From an uncultured Pseudomonadota bacterium (GTDB taxonomy: Bacteria; Myxococcota_A; Polyangia; Fen-1088), in NCBI GenBank assembly GCA_963723305.1, contig CAVRRT010000019.1, forward strand, positions 8,727 to 72,726: 64,000 bases of DNA, given 5' to 3'. Positions 41,610-54,732 of the stretch are shown here, in pieces; position 1 is the first letter of the stretch; each line of letters opens with the position of its first letter. The notes below the pieces were generated by a model, which was not told where the DNA came from, ran no database searches, and was given only the letters and a program-made list of their open reading frames with translations. The position numbers and the translations under genes were made by a program.

Positions 41610-42635
41610 CTACGCCGGCGGGACGGCTTCTTCGGGCGCTTCCGACTCTTCGGCGGGCGACGCGGCCTTCTTGTTACGGGCCCGCTCGTCGAGGACGGTC
41701 TCGAGGAACTTCTTGGCGGCGTCGGTCCAGACGTCGCCGTAGGTCTGGGTGTAGAGCAGCGCCTCCTCGAGCGAGCCGGGGCGCGCCCCGGCCACGTTCT
41801 CCACGCGGCGGCGGACGCGGCCGAGCAGCGTCTTGCCGTGGTGCGGGTTGGCGTCGAGCGCGTTCCCCAGCGCCGCGCGCGCCTTGGCCTCGTTGCCGGC
41901 GGTGAACTCGGCCAGCGCCAGCCCCAGCTCGGCGCGCCCCTTGCCCTCTTCGATCTTGGTGGCGGGCTCGAGCAGCGCCACCGCGTCGGCCGCGCGCTCC
42001 AACTTCATGAGCGCCTTGGCGGCGATGAGGCGGGCCTCGACGCCGACGCTGCCGTCGTCGATCGAATGCACGAGCGCCAGATCCTTCACCGCGTCCTCAT
42101 ACTTCTCCTCGTCGTAGGCCAGGCAGCCAAGCGCGTGGGCGGCGCGAATGAACGGCTGCGCCTCCGGCTTGCTGAAGGCGTCCTTGACGCCGTCGGCCCG
42201 CATCTTCTCCGCCTGCGCCTCGCCCGCCGCCAGGACGACGCCCAGCTCTTCCTTCGCTCCCTCGGAGTTCCCGGCCGCCAGACGCGCCATCCCGATGCCG
42301 ACCTGCGCATCGGTCAACTTGGCGTCGATCGCCAGCGCCGCGCGAAACTCTTTTTCGGCGGCGCCGGGGCGGCGCTGTTCGAACAGACGCCAGCCTTCGG
42401 CCAGGTGCTCCTGCGCGTCGGGCGTGGCCAGCGGCGGCGCGGCGGCCTGCTCGTCGGCGGCGAGGTGGCACTTCTTGTACTTCTTCCCCGAGCCGCAAGC
42501 GCAGGCGTCGTTGCGCCCGGTGGCGGCAAGCCGCGCGGGCGCCTCCTTCGGATCGAGCGTGGTGCCCGGGGCGTCGGTCGTCGCCGCCTTGGTTTCTTCC
42601 TTTGTCTCTTGGCGCTTGCTCTGTCTGGCGGTCAT
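41610..42635 (-). CDS. SEC-C metal-binding motif protein with TPR repeats
   Basis: CACGSGKKYKKCH is the SEC-C zinc-binding motif near the N-terminus. TPR-like helices follow. Confidence 0.55.
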   Translation of the reverse strand: MTARQSKRQETKEETKAATTDAPGTTLDPKEAPARLAATGRNDACACGSGKKYKKCHLAADEQAAAPPLATPDAQEHLAEGWRLFEQRRPGAAEKEFRAALAIDAKLTDAQVGIGMARLAAGNSEGAKEELGVVLAAGEAQAEKMRADGVKDAFSKPEAQPFIRAAHALGCLAYDEEKYEDAVKDLALVHSIDDGSVGVEARLIAAKALMKLERAADAVALLEPATKIEEGKGRAELGLALAEFTAGNEAKARAALGNALDANPHHGKTLLGRVRRRVENVAGARPGSLEEALLYTQTYGDVWTDAAKKFLETVLDERARNKKAASPAEESEAPEEAVPPA

Positions 42636-42686
42636 TTTATGGGGCTTCCGTCCTTGCTGGGGACGGGACCATACCCTAAAAATATC

Positions 42687-43515
42687 GCTGGAGACCATGC
42701 GCCCGCTCGAAGGACGAACGATCGCGCTCCCCGAGGCGCGGGAGTTGGATCGCCTGGCCGAGCTGGTCGCCGAAGAGGGCGCCACGGCCGTGCGCTGCCC
42801 GCTGGTCGCCATCCGTGATGCGGCCGATCCGCGCCCCGCGGAGGAGTGGCTGCGCGCGCTCGTCGCGGGCGAGTTCGACGACCTCATCTTCCTGACCGGC
42901 GAGGGGCTGCGCCGCCTCCTGGTAACCGCCCATCGCCTCGGACTGCGCGAGGCAGTGGTGGCGGCGCTCGGGCGCGCGCGGAAGGTGACGCGCGGACCGA
43001 AGCCGGCGCGCGCGCTGCACGAGATTGGCCTGGGGTCCGATCTCGCCGCCGCCGTGCCGACCTCGGCCGGCGTTGTCGACGCGCTGGCGGCGCACGATCT
43101 GCGCGGCAGGCGCATCGGCGTCCAGCTCTACGGCGAAGAGCCCAACCGACCACTGGTAGAGGCGCTGGAGCGCGCCGGCGCGACGGTTCGGACGGTGGCG
43201 CCCTACGTCTACGCCTCGGCCAGCGACGCGGCGGCGGTGGTCGCTTTCATCGACACACTCGACGGCGGAAAGGTCGACGCCGTTGCCTTCACCAGCGCCT
43301 CGCAGATCGACCGGCTGTTCCAGGTGGCGATCGAGGCCGGCGCCGAGGCGCGCCTCAAGGCGGCTCTGGCGCGCACGCGGGTCGCCGCCATCGGACCGAT
43401 CGTCGTCGACGCGCTGGGCGCCCGCGGCGTGCGCATCGACGTCGTCCCCGAGAAGGGCTTCGTCATGCGCCGCCTGGTGAACGCCCTGGCCGACGCGCTC
43501 GGGCCGAAGTCCTAG
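42687..43515 (+). CDS. hemD: uroporphyrinogen-III synthase family protein
   Basis: 276 aa with HemD-like two-lobe pattern; a family-level call without a single diagnostic motif. Confidence 0.5.
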
Positions 43516-43580
43516 CGCGGCCCGCGCCAGCCTGACCGCCTCACCAATCGGTCGGCGTGTGGCGGCAGCCGAGGAACCCG

Positions 43581-44788
43581 TCAGGCCTTGGCACCCAACC
43601 GGATTCTGGCAGACCTCGAGGTAGCGCGCGGAAGGCCAGTTGACCGGCGTCGGGTAGTCGGGCGGGAGGCCGCCGAGCTCGAGAATCTGGGCGTCGCGCT
43701 TGGCGAGGGCGAGGCCGGCGTCGACATGCTTGAGGACGCTGGGGCCCCGGCGGGTGTTCGAGGAGACCCAGAGGTGGCCTCCCTCGTCCGGGAGCAGGGC
43801 GCAGGCGGCGGCGATGAGGTCCGGGTAGTCGCGCTTTTGAGCCCAGAGCGAGGCGCGCGCGCCCGACACTGTCGGTGGGTCGAGGATGATGACGTCGTAG
43901 GCCGCGCGGCGGTCGCGCTCGGCCTCGAGGAAGCGAAAGACGTCGGAGACTTCCCAGCGGTGCGCGGCCGGATCCAGTCCGGAGAGCGCGAAGTTGGCGC
44001 GGGCCCAAGCGAGAGGACCGGCGGCCAGAATCGACGCTGGTGATCGCGGCGGCGCCGGCCCGCGCGGCGGCGACGGAGAGGGCGCCCGTGTACGCGAAGG
44101 TGTTGAGGACCCGCTTGCCGCGGACGAAGCGGCCCAGGCCCGCGCGGTGCTCGCGCATGTCGGTGAACAGGCCGACGTTGATGCCGCCGCGCAGGTGGAC
44201 CTCGTAGGGGACGCCGGACTCGTGAACGGTGAGCTTGTCGGGCGGGGTCTCGCCGACGACGTCGTCCTTGGCGCGCTCGGGCGTGTTGCCGCTCCCCTTG
44301 AGGCGGGCCTTCAGAACCGCGCCGCGCAGCGGGAGGTCGGCCGCGGGGAGCATCTCGAGCGCGCACTGGGCCAGCAGGCGGGCGTGGCCGAGCAGACCGC
44401 GTGAGAGCGCGTTCACCACCGCGAACGGGCCGTAGACGTCCACGGTCAGTCCCGACAGGCCGTCGCCTTCGCCGTTGACCAGGCGATAGGAAGACGCGCC
44501 GTCGCAGAGGCCCAGCGTGCGGCGATGCGCCAGGGCGGCGCCGAGCTTGCCGCGCAGGAAGGCCGCGTCCGGGGCGCGGCTGTCCTCGCCGTGGGACCAG
44601 ACCCGCACCAGCTCGTTTTCAGGATCCGCGACGCCGGTGGCGAGCGTCGCTCCGCGCGCGTCGAGGAAGCGCACCGGCCGGCCCGGCTCGAGCTCGCGGG
44701 ATTGGACGTCGGAGAGCCCGAGTTGGGGCGGGCGAGCGGCGAGACGCTCCTCGCCGGCGAGCGTGAGGGTGATGCCCAAGAGCGGCAT
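43581..44788 (-). CDS. class I SAM-dependent rRNA (cytosine-C5) methyltransferase, RlmI-like; about 2 frameshifts in the C-terminal third
   Basis: PUA-like N-terminus followed by a methyltransferase core with LNTFAYTGALSV and AAITSVD. The C-terminal fragment appears in another frame (ORF 42676-43869, starting SGARASLWAQKRDYPDLIAAACALLPDEGGHLWVSSNTR). Confidence 0.5.
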
Positions 44789-45184
44789 CGGGACATCATA
44801 GTGGCGTTCGGCGCCCGACGGTGAACGGCGGAGGATCCGCTGCCCGACGATCCTCGAACCGGCTCCCCAGCCCGGCCCCAAGGAGGCTCCGGCGAGGCTC
44901 CGGCGGATCAGCCCTGCGTGGTCGGCTTCGCCGTCGGCGTCATGGCGGGTGCCACGGCCCGCTTTGCGGCGACCGGCTTGGACGCCGAGGAGGATTTCCC
45001 GGCACCGGCGCGCTCGGCCTTGGCTTCCGGCGAGTTGTAGGCGCTGCGGTAGGCGTGACGGCGGCTGCGGTGTGCAGCCTGGGCGGCGGTGTTGGGTCGG
45101 TTGCGTTTGCTCATGATGCGAGACCTTACCATCTCGGCGCGAGCTCCAGGCCGCAAGCTCCCCGCGGGTACCCCGCTTCGACCG

Positions 45185-45496
45185 CTACCCGGCGACCAGC
45201 TTCTTGAGCTCGCCGCGCGCGTGCAGGTCGCGCACGATGTCGGCGCCGCCGACGAGCCTGCCGTCGACGTAGAGCTGGGGAAAGGTCGGCCAGCTGGAGT
45301 ATTCCTTGAGGCCCTCGCGCAGCTCGCCGTCGGCGAGGATGTTGTAGGTCTCGAAGGGGGCGCCGATCTCCTTGAGCACGCCGACCACCGCGGCCGAGAA
45401 GCCGCACTGGGGCATGGACGGATTGCCCTTCATGAACAGCATCACGCGTCCACGGGCGATGGTCTCGGCGATTCTCTGCTTGAGCGGCTCGGTCAC
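45185..45496 (-). CDS. grxD: monothiol glutaredoxin (Grx4 family)
   Basis: CGFS active site in MPQCGFSAAV; 103 aa. Confidence 0.85.
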   Translation of the reverse strand: MTEPLKQRIAETIARGRVMLFMKGNPSMPQCGFSAAVVGVLKEIGAPFETYNILADGELREGLKEYSSWPTFPQLYVDGRLVGGADIVRDLHARGELKKLVAG

Positions 45497-45509
45497 GGTG
45501 GCTCCTTAT

Positions 45510-45788
45510 CTATTTGCGTCGGTATTCTTCGGGAGTCTCGGTGGTCAGCGCCAGCGCATGGATCGGCGCGCGCGACCCGTGCATGGCCTCGCCCAGCGCG
45601 GCGTAGACCAGCCGGTGGCGATCGACGAGCCCCTTGTCGGCGAAGGCCGACGACACGACGGTCGCCGAAAAGTGGTCGCCGCCGCCGGTGGTGTCGACGA
45701 CGCGCACCTCGGCGTCGGGGAGCGCGACGCGGATGCGGGCAGTGATGTCTTCGGGCGTCATGGGCGTTGCTGCCGGCCTATATAGCAC
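45510..45788 (-). CDS. bolA: BolA-family protein
   Basis: BolA-like length and a His-containing C-terminus; sits directly upstream of grx, the conserved BolA-Grx pairing. Confidence 0.65.
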   Translation of the reverse strand: MLYRPAATPMTPEDITARIRVALPDAEVRVVDTTGGGDHFSATVVSSAFADKGLVDRHRLVYAALGEAMHGSRAPIHALALTTETPEEYRRK

Positions 45789-45810
45789 GCGGCGCTATAC
45801 TGGCGGCCGG

Positions 45811-47399
<1,589 letters not shown>

Positions 47400-47419
47400 G
47401 GTCAACGCCCGCGCATCGC

Positions 47420-48877
<1,458 letters not shown>

Positions 48878-48881
<4 letters not shown>

Positions 48882-49558
48882 ACGACGGAGCTTCGTTGGT
48901 GAGCCTGGAAGCGCGCGCCGAGCCGGCGCAGGAGCTGCTGCGCGCGCCGGCCTCGGGCCAGCCCTGCGTTCACTGGCGGCTGCGCGTGGTCGAGCACCTG
49001 ACGGCGCGGACCGAGCTGGTCCACGATCTCGCCTCGCCCGAAACCTTCGATCTGGCCTGGGGGGGCGCGCCAGAGGCGGGGCGGCCGCCGGTGCGCATCC
49101 ATCTCGATCCCGAGACGGCGCGCATCCAGGCCACCCCGACCTTGCACCGCGCGGGCTCGCCCGGCGCGGCGGCGGTGGCGCGCGCCTTCGGGTTTCGCGG
49201 CGCGGTCACCGTCGAGGAGGTGATCATCCGCGCCGGCGAGGCGGTCACCGCCGAGGGCCTCCTGCAGGATCCCAGCTTCGGCGCCGGCCCGTTCCGCGCG
49301 CTCGACGGCGGGCTGGCGCTTTACGAGGCGACGGTCCGCCTGCCGTCGCGCGGCCTGGCCCCCGCCGCCCTGATCCCCTGGGCGTTCGGGACCGCGGCCG
49401 CGCTGCTGGGCGGGATGGGCCTGGCCACCTGGGCGGCCTGGCGCTACCACCTGGCGCACCTGCCGGCGGGAGTGAGCGCCTGGCGCGTCGGGACCTTGCC
49501 AGCGGCCGCGCCCCCGCGCATGTCGCCGCCGGAATTCCCCCGCCCGCGCCTCCCGTAG
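48878..49558 (+). CDS. hypothetical protein with a C-terminal TM segment; start overlaps the regulator's stop (ATGA)
   Basis: 226-aa ORF in the same orientation and translationally coupled to the regulator. Hydrophobic stretch [25 protein letters not shown] near the C-terminus. Confidence 0.4.
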
Positions 49559-49573
49559 CCGGCCCGGGCGATA

Positions 49574-50242
49574 TCACTTCGACGGCGGCGCGGCCGGCTT
49601 CGTCGGCGCGGGCGGCCGGCAGTCATGGCTGTAGCGCTGCGCCAGCCCCACCGCGTCGGGATCGCCGCGCACCAGCGACATGTACTCCTGGAAGGCCTGC
49701 CTGGCCTCGTCGCAGCGCCCGGCCCCGGCCAGCGTGTGGGCGCGCCCGAAGACGGCCACCGAGCGCCCCCAACGATCGGTGGGCGAGAAATGCTGCTCGG
49801 CCGCGAGCAGAGCCGCCAGCGCGCCGTTGGTTTCGCCCACCCGCGCCAGCGCCATCCCCTTGTCGTAGTAGGGCCAAGGATTCTTGGCGTCCGCGCGGAT
49901 CGCCTCGTCCGACAACCTCAGCGACTCCTGAGGGTCGCCCTTCATCTCGGCCGTCGCGGCGCGACTGGCCAGCTCGGCCGAGGCGGGGGTCGACGGCTCC
50001 GCGTACACGTTTTCGGGCGGCACCGCCGCTCCGGGCGACACCACCGCGGCAGGCGGCGCCACCCCTCCGGGCGGCGTCAACGTTGCCGCGGGCGTCGCCG
50101 CGCCCGACTGCGATACCGCCGGGGGAGGCGCCGTCGTTGCGGAAGGCTGCACCTCCACGCTGGGCGTCGCTGCTCCTTCGTCCGCGCGCGCGAGGCCCCC
50201 CAGGACCAACAGGCCCACAGCCACCATCCCCGTCAACCTCAT
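49574..50242 (-). CDS. secreted TPR-like protein with a Pro/Ala-rich N-terminal linker
   Basis: Signal peptide (cleavage around ARA-DE); two to three TPR-like helix pairs. Confidence 0.4.
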   Translation of the reverse strand: MRLTGMVAVGLLVLGGLARADEGAATPSVEVQPSATTAPPPAVSQSGAATPAATLTPPGGVAPPAAVVSPGAAVPPENVYAEPSTPASAELASRAATAEMKGDPQESLRLSDEAIRADAKNPWPYYDKGMALARVGETNGALAALLAAEQHFSPTDRWGRSVAVFGRAHTLAGAGRCDEARQAFQEYMSLVRGDPDAVGLAQRYSHDCRPPAPTKPAAPPSK

Positions 50243-50376
50243 GCCCCGCCTCCTGGTTCCAAGCTAAGCATCGCGGTGGATGCCGGTGGCGGCAATCCCT
50301 TGGCTCAGCTTGACGTCGACGGATCGACGACCCGGGCCGACCTCAAGCGACGGTATGACCGGCGGCGCCTTCGGGA

Positions 50377-51048
50377 TCACGACTTCGAGGCCGCGGGGGC
50401 ATCCGGTTGAAGGTCCGGGTGAGCGGCGGCGAACGCCGGCAGCGCCGCGCAGGCGGCCTCGATCCGCAGCAGGGTGGGAAACGGGGCGAGATCGACGTCG
50501 TACCGGCGGGCGGCGTAGAGCTGGGGCACCAGGTAGACATCGGCCAGCGTCGGCGCCTCCCCGATCAGGAACCGGCCCGCCGTCTCGGACGCCAGGGCCT
50601 CCAGCCCGCCGAGCCCGCGCGCGTTGGACTGGCGCGCGATCAGGGCCGGATCGGCGATTCCGTTGGCGCGCAGCCGCTGCTGCAGCGACAGGTTCTGGAA
50701 CGGCTGGATTCCGGCGTTCACCATCTCCGCCAGCTGCCGTGCGCGCGCGCGCAGCCAGGGATCGGCCGGCAGCAGCGGCGGCGCGGGGAACCGCTCCTCC
50801 AGATAGTGCAGGATGGCCATCGACTGGGCGAGCACCCGGGGCGCGCCCGCGGCGTCGTCGACCACCAGCACCGGCACCTCGGAGAGCGGGTTGAGCGCAT
50901 GGAAGTCAGGCCGGTGCTGCTCGCCGCCCTCGGCGATCAAATTGACCGCGCGCCGCTCCACGGAGATCTGTTTGAAGTGAAGCGCGATTCGCACCCGCCA
51001 GGCCGAGCTCGACCGCCAGTAGTCGTAGAAGATCAGGCGCTCGTTCAT
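50377..51048 (-). CDS. maiA: maleylacetoacetate / maleylpyruvate isomerase (GST zeta class)
   Basis: LIFYDYWRSSSAWRVRIAL is the zeta-GST N-terminus; 223 aa; start overlaps the upstream gene's stop by 4 bp. Confidence 0.75.
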   Translation of the reverse strand: MNERLIFYDYWRSSSAWRVRIALHFKQISVERRAVNLIAEGGEQHRPDFHALNPLSEVPVLVVDDAAGAPRVLAQSMAILHYLEERFPAPPLLPADPWLRARARQLAEMVNAGIQPFQNLSLQQRLRANGIADPALIARQSNARGLGGLEALASETAGRFLIGEAPTLADVYLVPQLYAARRYDVDLAPFPTLLRIEAACAALPAFAAAHPDLQPDAPAASKS

Positions 51049-52041
51049 CCGCTCACCACCCGCTGGGCGATGCGACCGAAGAGGTCGCGCCCGTCGGCGG
51101 CGCGCATCTCGATGGCCACCGCGTCACCGGCGGCCAGGAACGGCGTCAGCGGTGCGCCGCCGGCGATCGTCTCGCGCGCCCGCAGCTCGGCCAGGCAGGA
51201 GACGCCGCGCGCGGGATCGGCGTTCGAGACGGTGCCTCCTCCCAGGATCGTCCCGGCGGTGAGGGCCCGGGTGCGCGCCGCGTGCGCGATCAGATCGAGA
51301 AACGAGAAGTGCATCTCGACGCCGGCGTCCGGATCGCCCACCAGACGCGCCGCGCCGCCCGCGCGCTTGAGCGTCGTGCGGAGCGGCAGATGCAGGCGCC
51401 CGTCGCGCCAGGCGCCCCCCAGCTCGTCGAGCGTCGCCGCAAACGGGGAGAACGCCGTGGCCGGCTTCGACTGAAAGAACCCGAACCCCTTGGCCAACTC
51501 CCCCGGCACCAGGTTCCGCAACGTGACGTCGTTGGCCAGGACGACGAGCCGAACATGCGGCGCCGCCTGGGCGGCCGTGGTGCCGCGCGGAACGTCGCCC
51601 ACGATCACCGCCACCTCACTCTCGAAGTCGAGGCCCCAATCGGCATCGGCGAGAGGCAGGTCGTCGCGCGGGCCGAGCAGCACGCCCGAGCCGCCCTGGT
51701 AAATGAGCGGATCGACCTCCAGCGTCGGGGGCGGCGTGGCCCCCCGCGCCCTGCGCACCAGCCGGACGTGGTTGAGAAACGCCGACCCATCGATCCACTC
51801 GTAGGCGCGCGGGAGCGGCGGCCCCAGGCGCGCCTCGTCGAACCGCTCCCCGGTGATGGCGCCGCCGTCGAGCCGCGCCGCCAGCAGCGCGAGCCCGGGC
51901 GCTGCGCGCCGCCAGTCGTCGAGCGCGGCCTGCAGCGTGGGTGCGATCTCGGCGGCGCGCGCAAAGGCCCGCCCGTCGTGCCCCACCACCAGCAGGGCGC
52001 CATCGCGCGTTCCATCGCGCAGCGTCGCGAGCCTCACGCAT
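51045..52041 (-). CDS. fumarylacetoacetate-hydrolase-family protein (COG0179-type hydratase/hydrolase with a DUF2437-like N-terminus)
   Basis: 332 aa. The FAH-fold C-terminal half contains conserved metal-binding acidic residues (...FESEVAVIVGD...). Translationally coupled to maiA. Confidence 0.65.
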
Positions 52042-52064
52042 CGAGTGTAGTAAGCTCCCGCGCG

Positions 52065-53180
52065 ATGGCCAAGGACCCCGCGGTCGATGCCGAATTGTTG
52101 AAACAGGAGCTGGCCGAGCTGCGCACGAAGATCGACGCCGCCGACGACGAGATCCTGGCCCTGCTCAACCGGCGCGCCGAGCACGTCCGCCGGGTCGCCG
52201 ACCTCAAGACCGCCATCTCGGTCCCGTTCTACGTCCCCTCGCGCGAGCGACAGATCGCCGAGAGGCTGGCGGCCGGCAACCCGGGGCCCTTCCCCTCCGA
52301 ATCGATCCGCTCGGTGTTTCAGGAGATCTTCAGCGCCTGTCTGACCCTCGAGAAGCGGGTGCGCGTCGCCTACCTGGGCCCCGAGGGGACCTTCTCGGAC
52401 ATCGCGGTCAAAAAGCAGTTCGGCCTCTCGGCGCGGTCGGTCCCGATGGGGACCATCCCCTCCGTGTTCGAGGAGGTCGAGCGCGGCAACGCCGACTACG
52501 GCGTGGTCCCGGTGGAGAACACCACGGAAGGGATGATCACCCACACCCTCGACACCTTCCTCGAGAGCGACCTCAAGGTGTGCGCCGAGATCGCGCTGGA
52601 GGTGAACATGTGCCTGCTGGCCCGCCCGGAGGTGACCGTGGCGCAGATCGAGCGCGTCTATTCGATCCCGGTCGCGCTGGCGCAGGTGCGGCGCTGGCTG
52701 GGCGCCAACCTCCCCAACGCCACCCTGGTCGAATCGCGCTCGACCGCCGAGGCCGCCCGCCTGGCCCGCGACGACGCGCGCGGCGCCGCCGTCGGCTCCG
52801 AGCTGGCGGCCAAGCTCAACGAGCTGGCGGTGTTGCGCCGCAAGATTGAAGACCTGGCCCACAACATGACCCGCTTCCTGGTGCTCGGGCGCGACCAGGC
52901 CGAGCCGACCGGGCGCGACAAGACGTCGCTCCTGCTGGTGACGCGCGACGAGGCGGGGATCCTCTACCGCGTGCTGGGCGCCTTCGCCGAGCGCGGCCTC
53001 AACATGACCAAGATCGAGAGCCGACCGTCGCGCCGGCGCCCCTGGGAGTACGTCTTCTTCGTCGACATCGACGGTCACGAGCGTGACGCGCCGGTCGCCG
53101 CCGCCATCGCCGATGTCCGCCAGGCGTCCGAAACGGTCAAGGTGCTCGGCTCCTACCCGCGCGCCGACGGACGCAGCTAG
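52065..53180 (+). CDS. pheA: bifunctional chorismate mutase / prephenate dehydratase (P-protein)
   Basis: Chorismate mutase helix (LRTKIDAADDEILALLNRRAEH), a prephenate dehydratase domain (VAYLGPEGTFSD..., TRF), and a C-terminal ACT domain (ESRPS). Confidence 0.85.
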   Translation: MAKDPAVDAELLKQELAELRTKIDAADDEILALLNRRAEHVRRVADLKTAISVPFYVPSRERQIAERLAAGNPGPFPSESIRSVFQEIFSACLTLEKRVRVAYLGPEGTFSDIAVKKQFGLSARSVPMGTIPSVFEEVERGNADYGVVPVENTTEGMITHTLDTFLESDLKVCAEIALEVNMCLLARPEVTVAQIERVYSIPVALAQVRRWLGANLPNATLVESRSTAEAARLARDDARGAAVGSELAAKLNELAVLRRKIEDLAHNMTRFLVLGRDQAEPTGRDKTSLLLVTRDEAGILYRVLGAFAERGLNMTKIESRPSRRRPWEYVFFVDIDGHERDAPVAAAIADVRQASETVKVLGSYPRADGRS

Positions 53181-53430
53181 GCGGCCACCGCCGCCGGGCG
53201 CGGCCCAGGAAGTTGATCGGCGACCGCCCCGGCGCGGCTCGAGAAGCGGATCGGCGACCGCCTCTGCGCGCCGGCGGAAGACGTTCATCACGGGGCGCGT
53301 CGCAACAGGCGAAGTCCGCGCGCAGCACGCGCTTGGCCGCCGATCGTGGCGATTCGTGAACGCTGTTGTGGATCTCACAACAGGCAAATCGCTCAAGGGG
53401 TATTTCTGCGCGGCCGATGAAACTGTGTAG

Positions 53431-54732
53431 ATGCCGAAACGGATCCTCATCGTCAACGACGATCCCGCGCTCGCCGCGGAGCTCGTGTGGCTGGTGAGGA
53501 CGCTCGACAGCGAGCCGGTGGCCAGCGCCAGCGCCGCCGGTGCGATCGCGCGGCTCGGCGAGGGGGGGATCGACCTCTGCCTCGTCGATCTCGATCTGCC
53601 CGCCGACGAGGGGACCGCGGTGGTCCTCAAGGCGCGGGCCTGCCGTCCGCCCGTCGCCACGGTGGCGCTCACGGCGCGCGGGGCCGGCGCCGTCGAGGCC
53701 TTGCGCGCCGGGGCCGCCGAGATCGTCGCCAAGCCGTTCTCTTCCCCGCGGCTCACCGCGCTCGTGCGTCGGCTCACCGACGACGGCGCCGGGCGCCGGC
53801 CGGCCGGCGGCGCGGTGGTGATCGGCGATCACCCGCGCATCCGCCAAGCGCTCGAGCTGGTCGATCGAATCGCCGGCACCGACGTCCCGCTGCTCTTGCG
53901 CGGCGAAGCGGGGACCGGCAAGGAGACGATCGCGCGGCTGGTCCACGGCGCCAGCGCGCGCCGCGACGGACCGTTCGTCACCGTCAATCTGGCCGCCATC
54001 CCGGAGATCCCGGCCGACGGCTCAGCCGGCCACGAGCGGCCGCGCGCCGGCTGGATGGCCGCCGCGCAAGGAGGGACGATCTTCCTCGAGGAGATCGACG
54101 AGCTGCCGCGGCGGCTCCAGCGCAGGCTCCTGCGGGCGCTCCGCGAGCGGACGGTCAGCTCGGTCGGCGGCGCGCAGGTGACGCTCGACGCGCGCATCGT
54201 CGCCGCGACCCAGCGCGATCTCACCGAGCTGGTCGTGGCCGGCCGCTTCGACGAGGAGCTCTACCGGCTGCTTTCGGCGGTGTCGATCGAGATGCCACCG
54301 CTCCGCGAGCGGCGCGAGGACATCCCGGCGCTGGCGGAGCACTTCCGCGGCCAGGTCAACGCCCGGGAGGGGCGCCGCGTCCCCGGGTTCGCGCTCGACC
54401 TGATGCACCGGCTCAGGCAGCACGACTGGCCCGGCAACGTGCGTGAGCTCGAGTATCTCTGCGAGCGGCTGGTGGTCACCGCCGGCACGCGCATGGTCAT
54501 CATGAAGGACCTCCCCGCACACCTGCGTATCCAGGTGATCGACTTCGAGCGGGCGACGCGCCGCCTGCCGGTGAGCGGGGTCGACCTGCGCGAGCTCTTG
54601 ACCGAGCTCGAGGAGCACTTCATCGCCGAGGCGCTGGCACGGACCGGCGGCAACCGGAACCGCGCCGCCGAGCTGCTCGGCTTGAACCGCACCACCCTCG
54701 TCGAGAAGCTGCGGCGCCGATACGTCGCTTAA
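53431..54732 (+). CDS. NtrC-family regulator (REC - AAA+ - HTH) lacking the GAFTGA sigma-54 contact motif
   Basis: REC domain, Walker A GEAGTGKE, Walker B GGTIFLEEID, arginine finger region and C-terminal HTH (GGNRNRAAELLGLNRTTLVEKL). The GAFTGA position reads GHERPRAGWMAA in this frame, with no GAFTGA in the other two. Confidence 0.75.
   Translation: MPKRILIVNDDPALAAELVWLVRTLDSEPVASASAAGAIARLGEGGIDLCLVDLDLPADEGTAVVLKARACRPPVATVALTARGAGAVEALRAGAAEIVAKPFSSPRLTALVRRLTDDGAGRRPAGGAVVIGDHPRIRQALELVDRIAGTDVPLLLRGEAGTGKETIARLVHGASARRDGPFVTVNLAAIPEIPADGSAGHERPRAGWMAAAQGGTIFLEEIDELPRRLQRRLLRALRERTVSSVGGAQVTLDARIVAATQRDLTELVVAGRFDEELYRLLSAVSIEMPPLRERREDIPALAEHFRGQVNAREGRRVPGFALDLMHRLRQHDWPGNVRELEYLCERLVVTAGTRMVIMKDLPAHLRIQVIDFERATRRLPVSGVDLRELLTELEEHFIAEALARTGGNRNRAAELLGLNRTTLVEKLRRRYVA

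Noticed and set aside
44908-45156. 82-aa basic ORF (MSKRNRPNTAAQAAHRSRRHAYRSAYNSPEAK...) between the rlmI-like gene and grx
   Set aside because: Lys/Arg/Ala-rich with no recognisable fold or motif. It could be a real small basic protein, but the composition is what random high-GC ORFs look like. It is left uncalled.
51045-53777. 910-aa minus-strand ORF
   Set aside because: Only the 3'-proximal 332 codons (FAH-family protein, ATG at 52041) are real. The upstream part is antisense to pheA.
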